The notes under the pieces: generated by a model
Database searches by the model: none
Told to the model about the DNA's origin: nothing
Seen by the model: only the letters and a program-made list of their open reading frames with translations
Part shown: positions 45,861 to 54,838 of the stretch, piece by piece
How positions within the stretch are numbered: the first letter of the stretch is position 1
Layout of the letters: each line of letters begins with the position of its first letter
DNA from: an uncultured virus (IMG/VR IMGVR_UViG_3300048590_001227)
Taxonomy: Duplodnaviria; Heunggongvirae; Uroviricota; Caudoviricetes
DNA: 64,000 nt
Virus record (IMG/VR): IMGVR_UViG_3300048590_001227
Direction: 5' to 3' (one strand)
Program-made: the position numbers and the translations under genes

Positions 45861-48353
45861 ATGAAGAACCTGATATCAACGCTTCTTACACTTTCCGTCT
45901 TTACATCCTGCCATAAAGTAGATGAAAGCGCGGCCACACTGAAAGGCATTGTTGGCGAGGACAATTCAGCCAAAGCTAAAGACAAAGCGGAATTCGCCGA
46001 CCTTCTTACTAGACAGACTGATATAGGTCTTGTTCTTAATTGCAACGGGGTGAAGCTCTCGGATGGTCGGTTTCTGACCGCGGCACATTGCCTGAAGCCA
46101 CATGCTGGTAAAGACGTTCAGCTACTCGGCAGAAAGATAGTCACAAACCTTCATCAGGTTGGCAGTTTCGATTTGGTTGTAGGCCAGTTGATAGGCGGAG
46201 CTGCGCCGTCGGAGAGTATAAGACTCTTTTCTGGGACGATTTCTTCAACCGTTCAGCTCGAAGCCAACTGGTTTGACTATAAAACCGGTGAATGGCGTGT
46301 CAGCCGGGGTGAAGGCACTGTTGAAGGTGCTTTCATTAAGCACAATCTTGATACCAATCCAGGCTCTTCGGGCTCGGCCCTCTACACAGTGGACAGCTCG
46401 GGGCAAAAGCTGCTCGTTGGCGTTCATATTGGGTTTGCTAAGGAAGCTAATACCAACGTCGGTGTTCTGCTGTCAAAGGCCTTGGACGCAAATTTCAGCC
46501 CCTCCTCGGCTGAGCTCGTGAAATACGAGGCGGAAGATACTCACGTTACCTACGTCTGTAGCCGAGCCACAGGTGAATGCTACCGGGTGCAGGAGTCCGA
46601 TAACGGAAGTGATGAAGGCGGTAACGGGGGAAGCAGCGGTGGGGACGGTGGCAATCCGTCCGGCCCAAGTGACGGCGCTCCAGGTGGTGGAGGCGACGGT
46701 GGAAGCGTTGGCGGCGGTGGTGATTCAGGAGGAGGAGATAGCGGTGGTATCGGTGACGGTGGAGACAGCGGTGGCGACGGTGATTACGGCGAAGGCGGCG
46801 ACGGCAACGACGGTGGTGACTACGGCGGCGGCGAAGGTGGGGTCGATGGCGGCTCTGACGGCGGAAGCAGTGGAGGCATTCCTGGAGTTGTCATAATTCC
46901 CGAAGTGGTTCCAGGCGGAAGTGCAGGTCATGGCGGCAGCAGTAAGGGTGGTGCAGCAGCCAAGGATTGCTTCAACTGCGACCGGCTCAGCTGGGAGCTG
47001 AAAAATAACGACCTCTTTAAACCCGAATGTGAGACGCCAGGCGTCGCGCCCAACCTCAAGCCCATGCTCAAAGGGACCAAGATTGAGTTGGTGGACGGAG
47101 CGCCACTTCCAGAATTTCGTTTTAACCCTAGTGACGACAAATTCACGCAGTCTCTCAAGGATTTTGCGGAAAAGTTGAAGGAAGCGACCAAGTGGAAAAC
47201 TACGCCTGAGCTGGCTGATAAAATGGCCAAGCTCTCTAAAGAAGAGCTGGAGCGCCTGCAGAAGTGGATGGAGAGCGTCGTCAAGAACCTCGACGATTAC
47301 TACGCCCTTCTAGTCGCCTCCATGAAGTCCGACCAGCTGACAGCGCCTGACGAAATTCCCGAGGTGGATGTCTCAAAAGAGGGTATTGATGCCGCTAAGC
47401 GCTATCTTGATGCAGTTAAAAAACAGATAGCCCAGAATCCAGACCAGTATCTGGAAGCGCGCCTGTCGCTGGCAGATTCGAGCGCCAGGGCTCTTGATAT
47501 TGCCACCGAGGCCCTGGAGAGCGGGGATAAGGAAACAGCCGAGGCGGCCATTTCGATGGGGCGTGCACTTGCTGACGCTTCGCTCGGGTGGGTTCCAGGA
47601 GTCGGTTTTGCCAAAGATTTGGTCGAGGCGACCACCGGCTACAACTACATTACAAAGCAGGAACTCACCCGTTTCGAGGTGGTTTCAGCCTGGGTAGGTG
47701 TATTCAGCGCCGGGTATGGCAGTAAAATACTCGCCACTGGAAAAGCCATTAAGCTCGTGGCCGTGGCTGGGCGCATTGCCAAGACCAGTAAACTCGGCGC
47801 TAAGCTTGAGCAATACGGGGTTCGCGCCAAGGAAATCTATGACGTTGCGTCGAAGGCCGGGATAAAGGACAGAAAGAGGATCGGCGAAGTTTTTGACGCA
47901 GTTAAACGCCGTCTGCCAAGCGCCAAGTTCGAGGAGCTGGAAGAGGAAGTCGCAAATGCGTTCAAACGCTACGAAGGTCTTCCTCTTATAAATGGCAAAA
48001 AGCCCAGGAATGGTCACTATGCAGGCAACACTTACTATGAAGGCCTTAGTGACAAGCTTAAGGGGAAATATCCAGACGGCGTCAAATTCAACGAAAAGGG
48101 TTTCCCCGACTTCTCGCCTTACGCTATGAAGTTTGAGAACGGCAACTCGTCGGTAGTGATTCAGGCCGGTCTTTCGCCAAAGGCTGATTTTGCGGCAGCG
48201 AACAAAGCGGCAGGACTCGCGAAAAAGCCAAAAGGATTTACTTGGCATCACCACGAGGACACTGGTGTTATGCAGCTCATTCCAACCGACCTGCATAAAG
48301 CTGTTGGACACACAGGCGGTTGGGTAATCTGGTCAGGAGGTTTGAAGCTATGA
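45861..48353 (+). CDS. Polymorphic toxin: lipoprotein signal + trypsin-like serine protease + Gly/Asp linker + PT-TG pre-toxin domain + WHH/HNH nuclease
   Basis: FTSC lipobox; TAAHC / FDLV / DTNPGSSGS triad; LGWVPGVGFAKDLVEATTGYNYIT; GFPDF…WHHHED…MQLIP…H…HTGG. Confidence 0.9.
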   Translation: MKNLISTLLTLSVFTSCHKVDESAATLKGIVGEDNSAKAKDKAEFADLLTRQTDIGLVLNCNGVKLSDGRFLTAAHCLKPHAGKDVQLLGRKIVTNLHQVGSFDLVVGQLIGGAAPSESIRLFSGTISSTVQLEANWFDYKTGEWRVSRGEGTVEGAFIKHNLDTNPGSSGSALYTVDSSGQKLLVGVHIGFAKEANTNVGVLLSKALDANFSPSSAELVKYEAEDTHVTYVCSRATGECYRVQESDNGSDEGGNGGSSGGDGGNPSGPSDGAPGGGGDGGSVGGGGDSGGGDSGGIGDGGDSGGDGDYGEGGDGNDGGDYGGGEGGVDGGSDGGSSGGIPGVVIIPEVVPGGSAGHGGSSKGGAAAKDCFNCDRLSWELKNNDLFKPECETPGVAPNLKPMLKGTKIELVDGAPLPEFRFNPSDDKFTQSLKDFAEKLKEATKWKTTPELADKMAKLSKEELERLQKWMESVVKNLDDYYALLVASMKSDQLTAPDEIPEVDVSKEGIDAAKRYLDAVKKQIAQNPDQYLEARLSLADSSARALDIATEALESGDKETAEAAISMGRALADASLGWVPGVGFAKDLVEATTGYNYITKQELTRFEVVSAWVGVFSAGYGSKILATGKAIKLVAVAGRIAKTSKLGAKLEQYGVRAKEIYDVASKAGIKDRKRIGEVFDAVKRRLPSAKFEELEEEVANAFKRYEGLPLINGKKPRNGHYAGNTYYEGLSDKLKGKYPDGVKFNEKGFPDFSPYAMKFENGNSSVVIQAGLSPKADFAAANKAAGLAKKPKGFTWHHHEDTGVMQLIPTDLHKAVGHTGGWVIWSGGLKL
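46603..46960 (+). repeat. Low-complexity Gly/Asp/Ser-rich linker within the toxin gene
   Basis: Runs of GGN codons encoding GGDGG/GGDSGG units. Confidence 0.85.
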
Positions 48354-48859
48354 TAAATCCGGTAGTTCTGGAAAATCTTGAAAAGAGCGAAGACAAGGCG
48401 ACGGAAAAAGCGCTGAAGAGGTTTGAGAAAAAAATCAAGGCGCAGCTGCCAAAGGACTACCGTGAGTTTCTGCTTCAGACCAATGGCGGCTATACGGAAA
48501 AGGTTTTATCGTACCCATTCACCCTGAATGGAAAACCAAGCGCCAGCAATATCGACTCTTTTTACGGTCTGTCTGAAGAAGAAGGCGAAGGTTCACTGAT
48601 TGAAAACTTTGATACCTTCCGCGACAAGGACGAGCCGAGAATGCTCGATTACATGATCCCAATTGGCGAGGACGAGGGCGGCAATCAAATCGTTCTTCTT
48701 CTCAATAAGAAGGAATATGGACATGTCTACTTCTGGGACCATGAGAGCGAAATTGATTTTGAAAACATGGAAGAAGGCGAGAGCGATAGAGACAACTGTC
48801 ATCCGATAGCCAAATCGTTCACGGAGTTTTTAAACCTTCTGAAAGTAGACGACGAATAA
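48350..48859 (+). CDS. SMI1/KNR4 (SUKH) immunity protein
   Basis: LPKDYREFLLQTNGG, IPIGEDEGGN, VYFWDHE and IAKSFTEFL motifs; ATGA overlap with the toxin stop. Confidence 0.93.
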   Translation: MINPVVLENLEKSEDKATEKALKRFEKKIKAQLPKDYREFLLQTNGGYTEKVLSYPFTLNGKPSASNIDSFYGLSEEEGEGSLIENFDTFRDKDEPRMLDYMIPIGEDEGGNQIVLLLNKKEYGHVYFWDHESEIDFENMEEGESDRDNCHPIAKSFTEFLNLLKVDDE

Positions 48860-49049
48860 TCAAATGTAAAAGTCGGGAGTAGGTTCTCTCGACTGTCTTC
48901 GTGCTTCGATAACAAAAAGAAAGAATGAAAAGATTGCTGGCTGGGAAATCAGTCCTGGTTCGTCTTTTTCCTTGATTTTGAGATTGGGCCTGGACTGAAG
49001 TATAACCACTTCTCGGGGAGAGGTCAGAATGTTGACCTCTTCTTCTTTT

Positions 49050-49361
49050 TTAGTCCACTTCCTTATAACCAACGGTTTCGTTATGGTCTTTCACTGGTGG
49101 GACAGTGCCGTCACTCAGTTTTGTGACTTTTCTTTTTTTCAGATCGGCCACCACTTTCTCAATGAACCAATCGCTCTTTACTTCGTCCCGGTTCAGAACG
49201 CGAATGTTTTCAACATTGCCATTCTTGTCAAGATCGTAGCGAAGTTTCAGTTCGGCGGCAGGCTTTGGAAGATTGGCCAGCTTGTTTTCGCTCACGGGCT
49301 TTTCAGTAGTAGCGCAGGAAAAGGCAGTCATGGACAAAGCAAGTAAGAGGTAAAGTTTCAT
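49050..49361 (-). CDS. Small lipoprotein with TonB C-terminal-like segment
   Basis: AFSC lipobox; LRYDLDKNGNVENIRVL. Confidence 0.65.
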   Translation of the reverse strand: MKLYLLLALSMTAFSCATTEKPVSENKLANLPKPAAELKLRYDLDKNGNVENIRVLNRDEVKSDWFIEKVVADLKKRKVTKLSDGTVPPVKDHNETVGYKEVD

Positions 49362-49442
49362 TTGGTCTCCGGCTGCTAAAAACCCGCGCCGGAAGTTGGT
49401 CCTGCACGGGCTCAGTTTTTAAGACAAATCAAGCGGTCTTGT

Positions 49443-49838
49443 TTATTGTGCGAAATTCGTTAGTCTTCCGGCGCGGATAGTGGAAAGACGGTCAATCAGT
49501 TCAAACGACCCGAGGCTGTCGCCGTCCTTGACTTTATAGCTTTTCCGGATCAGATTTTGTCCTTCAACCGAATCGACGTTCTGACCAGCTTTCAACTCAA
49601 TCTCCGCATTATTTAAAAGTGGAGTATCAGAGGTGAGCGTGAAATTTACAGGGAGTTCAGTTTTGCTAAGCAACATGGAGTTATCATTTTCGCCTCTGAT
49701 CAATGCTAGGCTTTGACCAGAGCTCATGAGCATCGACATCTCGTCCTGGAGTGCTGGAGGCACACCGCCGCTGCCGCCGCTACCAGCGTAGAGAACTACT
49801 GAAGTCAGGGTTGTCGCCAGCAGGATAAGTTTTTTCAT
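49443..49838 (-). CDS. Small secreted protein with Gly-rich motif after the signal peptide
   Basis: …VVLYA|GSGGSGGVPPA; starts 5 nt after the HTH gene stop. Confidence 0.8.
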   Translation of the reverse strand: MKKLILLATTLTSVVLYAGSGGSGGVPPALQDEMSMLMSSGQSLALIRGENDNSMLLSKTELPVNFTLTSDTPLLNNAEIELKAGQNVDSVEGQNLIRKSYKVKDGDSLGSFELIDRLSTIRAGRLTNFAQ

Positions 49839-49843
49839 TATGT

Positions 49844-50599
49844 TTACCCCTCGATTTCGTCTTGCTTAAAATTTATTGGGCTGACCACAATAGTGGAACA
49901 CATTACCTGCCGACCTTTCAAAGACTCGTTTTTCTCAATCTCTTGAAGAGTATCGGCTAACTTAGCATGAGCTTCATAGTATTTTTTCATGCCTTCATCG
50001 TTCAGACCTGCCACCCAGTTTCTCATATAGCTGCCCGGGTTGGCTTTGGCATAAAACTGAATGTTGTGTTCCCCAACCTTTGCCAAAAGGTCCGTGTCCC
50101 AAAAATTTGCCTCAGCAATATTCGATTTAAAGGTCCCGTCGTCCTTTTGTTCGATTATCTTGCGCTGAAGTAGTTCGTCAAGTTCTCTCAGTCCTGGTTG
50201 TCCAGCTTCATTCAGAACGTCTTTTCTCTCAGCTCCCAGAACTTCGGTTGCAACACTATAGACTCGATAGCGGTCAAAATCCGAGAACGCGAAGTCTGCC
50301 AATTCATAAAGTTCATCGCTGGAATCTTCCGCTTCAGGGCCTTTTTCCAGCAGGTCTTTGGTTTCTGCAGGGTAGTGTTGCCCCAGCGTTGCTAAATAAG
50401 TCTGAGGTTCTATATGTTTCAGAAGTTTTTTCGCGTGAAAAAAACTGACGTTCTTCAGCTTATGTTTCGCGCTTGTCAGGCGATACACTACCATGTAAGG
50501 AACACCAATATCTTTCGCAAACCTCTTCGTAACAAGTTTTTCGCTCATGATATGTCGTTTGACAAGTTCACCGAGATAAGGAATTATTGGGTGTGCCAT
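49844..50599 (-). CDS. HTH regulator (TIGR02147/DUF4423-like), paralog of 40991..41758
   Basis: KRFAKDIGVPYMVVYRL HTH; AGQPGLRELDELL versus TGAAGVRILDELV; similar C-terminus. Confidence 0.65.
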   Translation of the reverse strand: MAHPIIPYLGELVKRHIMSEKLVTKRFAKDIGVPYMVVYRLTSAKHKLKNVSFFHAKKLLKHIEPQTYLATLGQHYPAETKDLLEKGPEAEDSSDELYELADFAFSDFDRYRVYSVATEVLGAERKDVLNEAGQPGLRELDELLQRKIIEQKDDGTFKSNIAEANFWDTDLLAKVGEHNIQFYAKANPGSYMRNWVAGLNDEGMKKYYEAHAKLADTLQEIEKNESLKGRQVMCSTIVVSPINFKQDEIEG

Positions 50600-50982
50600 C
50601 TTGGCCGCTCCAACACGAAATGATTGCTCTGAGTGACTCCAACTGTTGAGGTCGATAAGCGATGCTTGTTGAAAATGCAAAAGAAAAAAACAGCTGCGAG
50701 AAAAATTAAACGATTGTCCGGACATCGTGATTCAGTCTGGTTAATCATACCAGAGGCAAAAGAAAGAGAAGGCAAGGCGTTGGAGGCGGTATAAGTCTTC
50801 AGTAAAATTGAAGATTATCGAAAACGGGGGGAGGTTTCTAAGCGGCAATTAGAGTTATAGAGACCATGCAATCCGCCAGCTCCAAAGACTCTGCTTCCAG
50901 TCCCCAGGTTGGGGAAATCTTCGGCAGATGGAGCCAGAATTCCTATCGAAGCTGGAATGTCGTTGATCTCACCGAGCGGTCT

Positions 50983-51795
50983 TCATCGGGCCGTTTTTTG
51001 TGATTTCAGCATGCCTTCGCGATAGTCTCCGGCGTACATTCGCACAAGTGGATCTTCGCTGCTTACCATTTCAAATTCAGGTAACTGAATCACGAGTTTT
51101 TTCGCCGCTTCGCGATCAACTGCAATTTTGTGACACTGGACTGAGCTGAACCATTTTTCTCGGCAATAGGAGTCGCCGACAGCGACAACAGCGTGTTCAA
51201 ACGCGGAACCCATTACTGTTCCTCGATCTGGCTGGTATATGACTTTGGGCTTAGAGAAGATTATCTGTCCGTAGGAAATGGAAGCCAGACCCTTGCGGAG
51301 TCCACCGGATAAATCGTCCACACATGAATACCACGACGCCACCAGTTCTTTGATCGTTTGTCTTTGATTTTCAAAGTCCATACGAATCGGATGCCCAATG
51401 AGAATCACGGCAGCCGGAATCGATCCCCATAGCCCCATATCGTAAGCCTTGGAATCCTGAAATTGACCGGTCTTGATATTGTTTCGCAGCTTGAATAGGG
51501 CAAAAGTCTCCTCCAAAGGCCCGGGATATGGTTGGGTTGAACCATCCTCTCTGTTCATTGTTACGAGAGCGAGCATAAATCCATTCGCTGTTCCTTCTCC
51601 GATTCCGCGGTTGAAGTTTGTGAAGGCTTCATACAGCGAATGCACCTCCTCTCGACCAGATCGATATTCTGGAAGTCGCCATATTCTCGCAAAGATTTTA
51701 GTAATCAATACCAGTACGAGCGCGCCCATGGCGATCATAGCGATCCATTGAATCCATTCCATCGGCAAAATTAGCTCCGGGATGAGAGTTGCCAA
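50983..51795 (-). CDS. Membrane-anchored protein, possible degenerate class III cyclase-like domain
   Basis: N-terminal TM; SISYGQII…TVMGSAFEHA…IAVDREA pattern; overlaps the receiver gene. Confidence 0.55.
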   Translation of the reverse strand: MATLIPELILPMEWIQWIAMIAMGALVLVLITKIFARIWRLPEYRSGREEVHSLYEAFTNFNRGIGEGTANGFMLALVTMNREDGSTQPYPGPLEETFALFKLRNNIKTGQFQDSKAYDMGLWGSIPAAVILIGHPIRMDFENQRQTIKELVASWYSCVDDLSGGLRKGLASISYGQIIFSKPKVIYQPDRGTVMGSAFEHAVVAVGDSYCREKWFSSVQCHKIAVDREAAKKLVIQLPEFEMVSSEDPLVRMYAGDYREGMLKSQKTAR

Positions 51796-52124
51796 AGCAT
51801 GGCCTGGATTCCTTCGGTCGTTTTATCCACAAGCACGGCGTTGGAAATGTTCTTCAATAGCGCATGTGCTTTTTCGTCTGAGGTGCATAAGATTATCGGT
51901 ACAGACAGCTTCTTACGAATGACCGTGGCGAGTTCGATTCCGTTCATAGTAGGCATGTTGAAATCAGTCACAACATAATCCGGGGGGAATCCGGCTGATA
52001 GGATATCCAAAGCTATTTTACCATTTTCCGCTTGGCTAACAGTATGGCCGAGCTCTTCAAAAACTTCGGCAAGGATTTCACGGAAAGGCTGATTGTCATC
52101 TACCAGCAAGATATTTTGAGGCAT
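51771..52124 (-). CDS. Stand-alone response regulator receiver, paralog of 42058..42411
   Basis: ILLVDDN, VTDFNMPTMNG; shared LCTxDEKA and VDKxxEGI. Confidence 0.92.
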   Translation of the reverse strand: MPQNILLVDDNQPFREILAEVFEELGHTVSQAENGKIALDILSAGFPPDYVVTDFNMPTMNGIELATVIRKKLSVPIILCTSDEKAHALLKNISNAVLVDKTTEGIQAMLWQLSSRS

Positions 52125-52332
52125 TTCGTACTCCAGATTTGGCAATGCATTTATAATCTCACATAGCCTCATATATCCTAATGATAGCTCAAATAGCCAA
52201 ATTATTGCGCCCCCCCTGAGAAAAAGCCCCGGACGTCGTTTTTAGCATAAGTGTTTATATTGATTGACTTATGTGGTATAGTATCGGCAAGTGACCAAAA
52301 ATCTGGATTGATTTTGATAGGTTAGGGGAAGC

Positions 52333-52839
52333 ATGGGAAGAACCAAGAACAACACCGCGCCGTTGGCAAACGCTACCGAGGAAAGACTCCGAGCAACCCC
52401 GTTTACGAACGTGGGCGAGCTGGATGCTGAAACCAAGGCTATTCGCTTGGCTGTCTGGCGTCGGTTCGCCGAAGCTAAGATAATAAATGAATTGATGACC
52501 AAGCCCGAGCTGCGTTTCGTTGTCGAGGAATGGCGAGAGGGCCTGATTGCGTCCTTTGGAATCAACAGCAAGGATCGAATCTTCAAAGTTTATAGCGAGG
52601 GGAAAGGGCTGCGTTTGGAAGTCAACAAGGCCCTAACGGAAAAACTTGAAGCCCATGAAGCGAAATTGATTGAAAGCATAGTTAGAGCAGGGATAGAAGG
52701 ATTCGGGCTCTTATATCTCAAGGGCAAGAGTATTGTTGGCGACGTGATAATCAGCCCAGAAAAGGCGAGCCCTTCTGGAAAAATCGATCAAAAGCCTGCG
52801 AAGCGCCCAAAGAGCCGAGCGAAGAAAAATTCGAGATGA
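52333..52839 (+). CDS. Hypothetical protein
   Basis: 168 aa ORF with AGGGG RBS and a basic C-terminus. Confidence 0.65.
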   Translation: MGRTKNNTAPLANATEERLRATPFTNVGELDAETKAIRLAVWRRFAEAKIINELMTKPELRFVVEEWREGLIASFGINSKDRIFKVYSEGKGLRLEVNKALTEKLEAHEAKLIESIVRAGIEGFGLLYLKGKSIVGDVIISPEKASPSGKIDQKPAKRPKSRAKKNSR

Positions 52840-52856
52840 ATGAGCAAATGGTATCG

Positions 52857-53786
52857 TCAACACAGCCGGGCAGTTGATGCCTCCAGAAAGTGCCGCTGGT
52901 ATAGCTTTAGGCTGATCGCGAAATTGCAGCGCGATACCGTCTCACGGAGAATTTCGAGCCTCTGTCGGCTGACTTCGGATATCTCAGTCGCCAGCCGGGT
53001 GTTTATCGCGAACAGTAGGTCCCTGTCGTCTTTCGGCAGTTCTCGTCCTGAGGCTTTTTGGTGCAGGTGCTGTGCGATATCAGGTTGTAAAATATTTCCC
53101 AATCCTCTATCGCCTGTGACTTCGCGAGGTAGGCAGAGGACGTTGATGTTCCTGGCGATACGGAGCGCCTGGGGATCGTCAGAAATTCGATCTATTTTGT
53201 CCAGAAAGTGCGAAGCGGGTTGGGCGAGGGTCATGAATTTCCCTGCGAATTCCTCGCGCTCGCTGGGACTGACGGCGAGTCCAGTGACATTTTCCCAGTG
53301 CGAAACGACGATTGCAACCTCTTGCTCACATGTCCGATTTCCCTCTTGCAGCAACTCAATAGGCGAATCACTGGATCGACCGCCCGCAGGTTTCTCTGCG
53401 GAACTACCGACCACCGGGAACATTCCGAAATAGGCATCGAACGCCTTTGTCGTGAGCAGGTATTCGTTGGCTCCCTGCTGGACTTTGCCGCTCGCGTTTG
53501 TGAAGAACACAGGTCTGACAATCAAATATCCCTTGCCTTCAAGAGCCTTCAGTTTACGTCGTACTGTCGAGACGCTCATCTTTGTTGCGCGGAAGATCTC
53601 GGGAATGGAGGTCGAAACAGGGACGTTGATAACCCCTTTACCAAGCGGCAAAAGCGACCCGATATGCGTCAATATGCTGTGTTCATGGGTGTCTATATCT
53701 GTGAGTGCATCGAAAGCTCGAAGGTAGGGTCCAGACTCGAATATGTGCTGATCGAAGAGTTGAAAAGCATGCTGAAGTGACATCAT
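52857..53786 (-). CDS. Second winged-HTH replication-initiator-like protein
   Basis: SIPEIFRATKMSVSTVRRKLKALEGKGYL…NEY pattern. Confidence 0.7.
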   Translation of the reverse strand: MMSLQHAFQLFDQHIFESGPYLRAFDALTDIDTHEHSILTHIGSLLPLGKGVINVPVSTSIPEIFRATKMSVSTVRRKLKALEGKGYLIVRPVFFTNASGKVQQGANEYLLTTKAFDAYFGMFPVVGSSAEKPAGGRSSDSPIELLQEGNRTCEQEVAIVVSHWENVTGLAVSPSEREEFAGKFMTLAQPASHFLDKIDRISDDPQALRIARNINVLCLPREVTGDRGLGNILQPDIAQHLHQKASGRELPKDDRDLLFAINTRLATEISEVSRQRLEILRETVSRCNFAISLKLYQRHFLEASTARLC

Positions 53787-54197
53787 ATCCCTCGTTAAGA
53801 GGGAGCAGGCAGTTGAAAAGCGGGCGCGAGTGACCTATGATCCGTTCCCAACGGAACAGGGGGTCCGCTTTTGTAGCAAATTGCCAGGCTCCTTGTTTCG
53901 GGAAGCTGGAGCCGCAAACTCCAGCTTCCACATAGCCAACTGCCGCCTACCTTAAACAGACACCGTTCACTTTTCAAAGCGAAATATTCTGCAGTTCCGG
54001 TCGAATCCCGGCAACCCCACGCACCTTGCGGGATTGCTGTTCCAGTTCGAGTGAACAAGAACCTGCGACCATTGAGGATTTGCTCACCTTTGAAGCAATT
54101 TGGCGGAAAGAGTGCGTCATTTTGTTGGAATTCTTGCTCGATGCTGGGCTGTGATAACTTGGAGCAAATAGCTTTGCATCTCTACGTGGAGAACGAA

Positions 54198-54785
54198 ATG
54201 AACGATGACGAGATGTCCAAGTTTCTTTGCCAAGCGGAATTGGAGAGCTCTAAGCAATTCGACCAACTCGTAGTTGCGCTGGCTGGTGGGGCTATTGGAT
54301 TATCGATGACTTTTGCAAAGGACTTAAAGGCACCAGTTGCAAAATGGGTGCTTGGACTATCGTGGGTTGTCCTCGCTGTATCAATTCTCTCAGTATTGAT
54401 GTCGCACTCTTTTAGTCAAATGAGTCTTCGGAAGCAAAGAGAAATCAATAGCTCTGAAAATAAAGCGAAAATTAACCGTTATTCGGACCTGACTAATTTG
54501 TTGAACTGGATTTCGCTAGTAGCAGTTGTTTCGGGCATACTTGTTATGAGTTGGTTCGTCGTATCAAACATAAAAGATCAGGAGGCCGACGTGAATGTTT
54601 CGAAATCTTCGCTGTCCAAGATTCGCAATGATGGCTTTGTAGCCCCAATGAATAACGCCCAAATTGAAGCAGCGACTTCGAGCGACGATCCTCTTAGAAA
54701 AGGATTTGTAGCACCGAAGCCTCCACCAGCACAGCCAGCTCCGACTCCTGCGCCCGTGTCACAGCCTGACAAGAAGAAAGAGTAA
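54198..54785 (+). CDS. Membrane protein (3 TM) with Pro-rich C-terminal tail carrying two GFVAP motifs
   Basis: GGAG RBS; FDQLVVALAGGAIGLS; in-frame internal GGAGG-GTG at 54581-54593. Confidence 0.75.
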   Translation: MNDDEMSKFLCQAELESSKQFDQLVVALAGGAIGLSMTFAKDLKAPVAKWVLGLSWVVLAVSILSVLMSHSFSQMSLRKQREINSSENKAKINRYSDLTNLLNWISLVAVVSGILVMSWFVVSNIKDQEADVNVSKSSLSKIRNDGFVAPMNNAQIEAATSSDDPLRKGFVAPKPPPAQPAPTPAPVSQPDKKKE

Positions 54786-54838
54786 CTGACTGAAGCAGAT
54801 GGTCTCGGCTGATTCTTCATCAGCCGAGATTATAGTGC

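Noticed and set aside
46603..46960. DNA-level tandem repeat or contingency locus
   Set aside because: Codons vary synonymously; it is a protein low-complexity linker, not an exact repeat tract.
53795..54058. 87-aa ORF starting MFTR, like the dead integrase ORF
   Set aside because: The shared start reflects a 10-bp match (CGAGTGAACA at 54048 and 55530); there is no further similarity or RBS, so it is not called as a gene.
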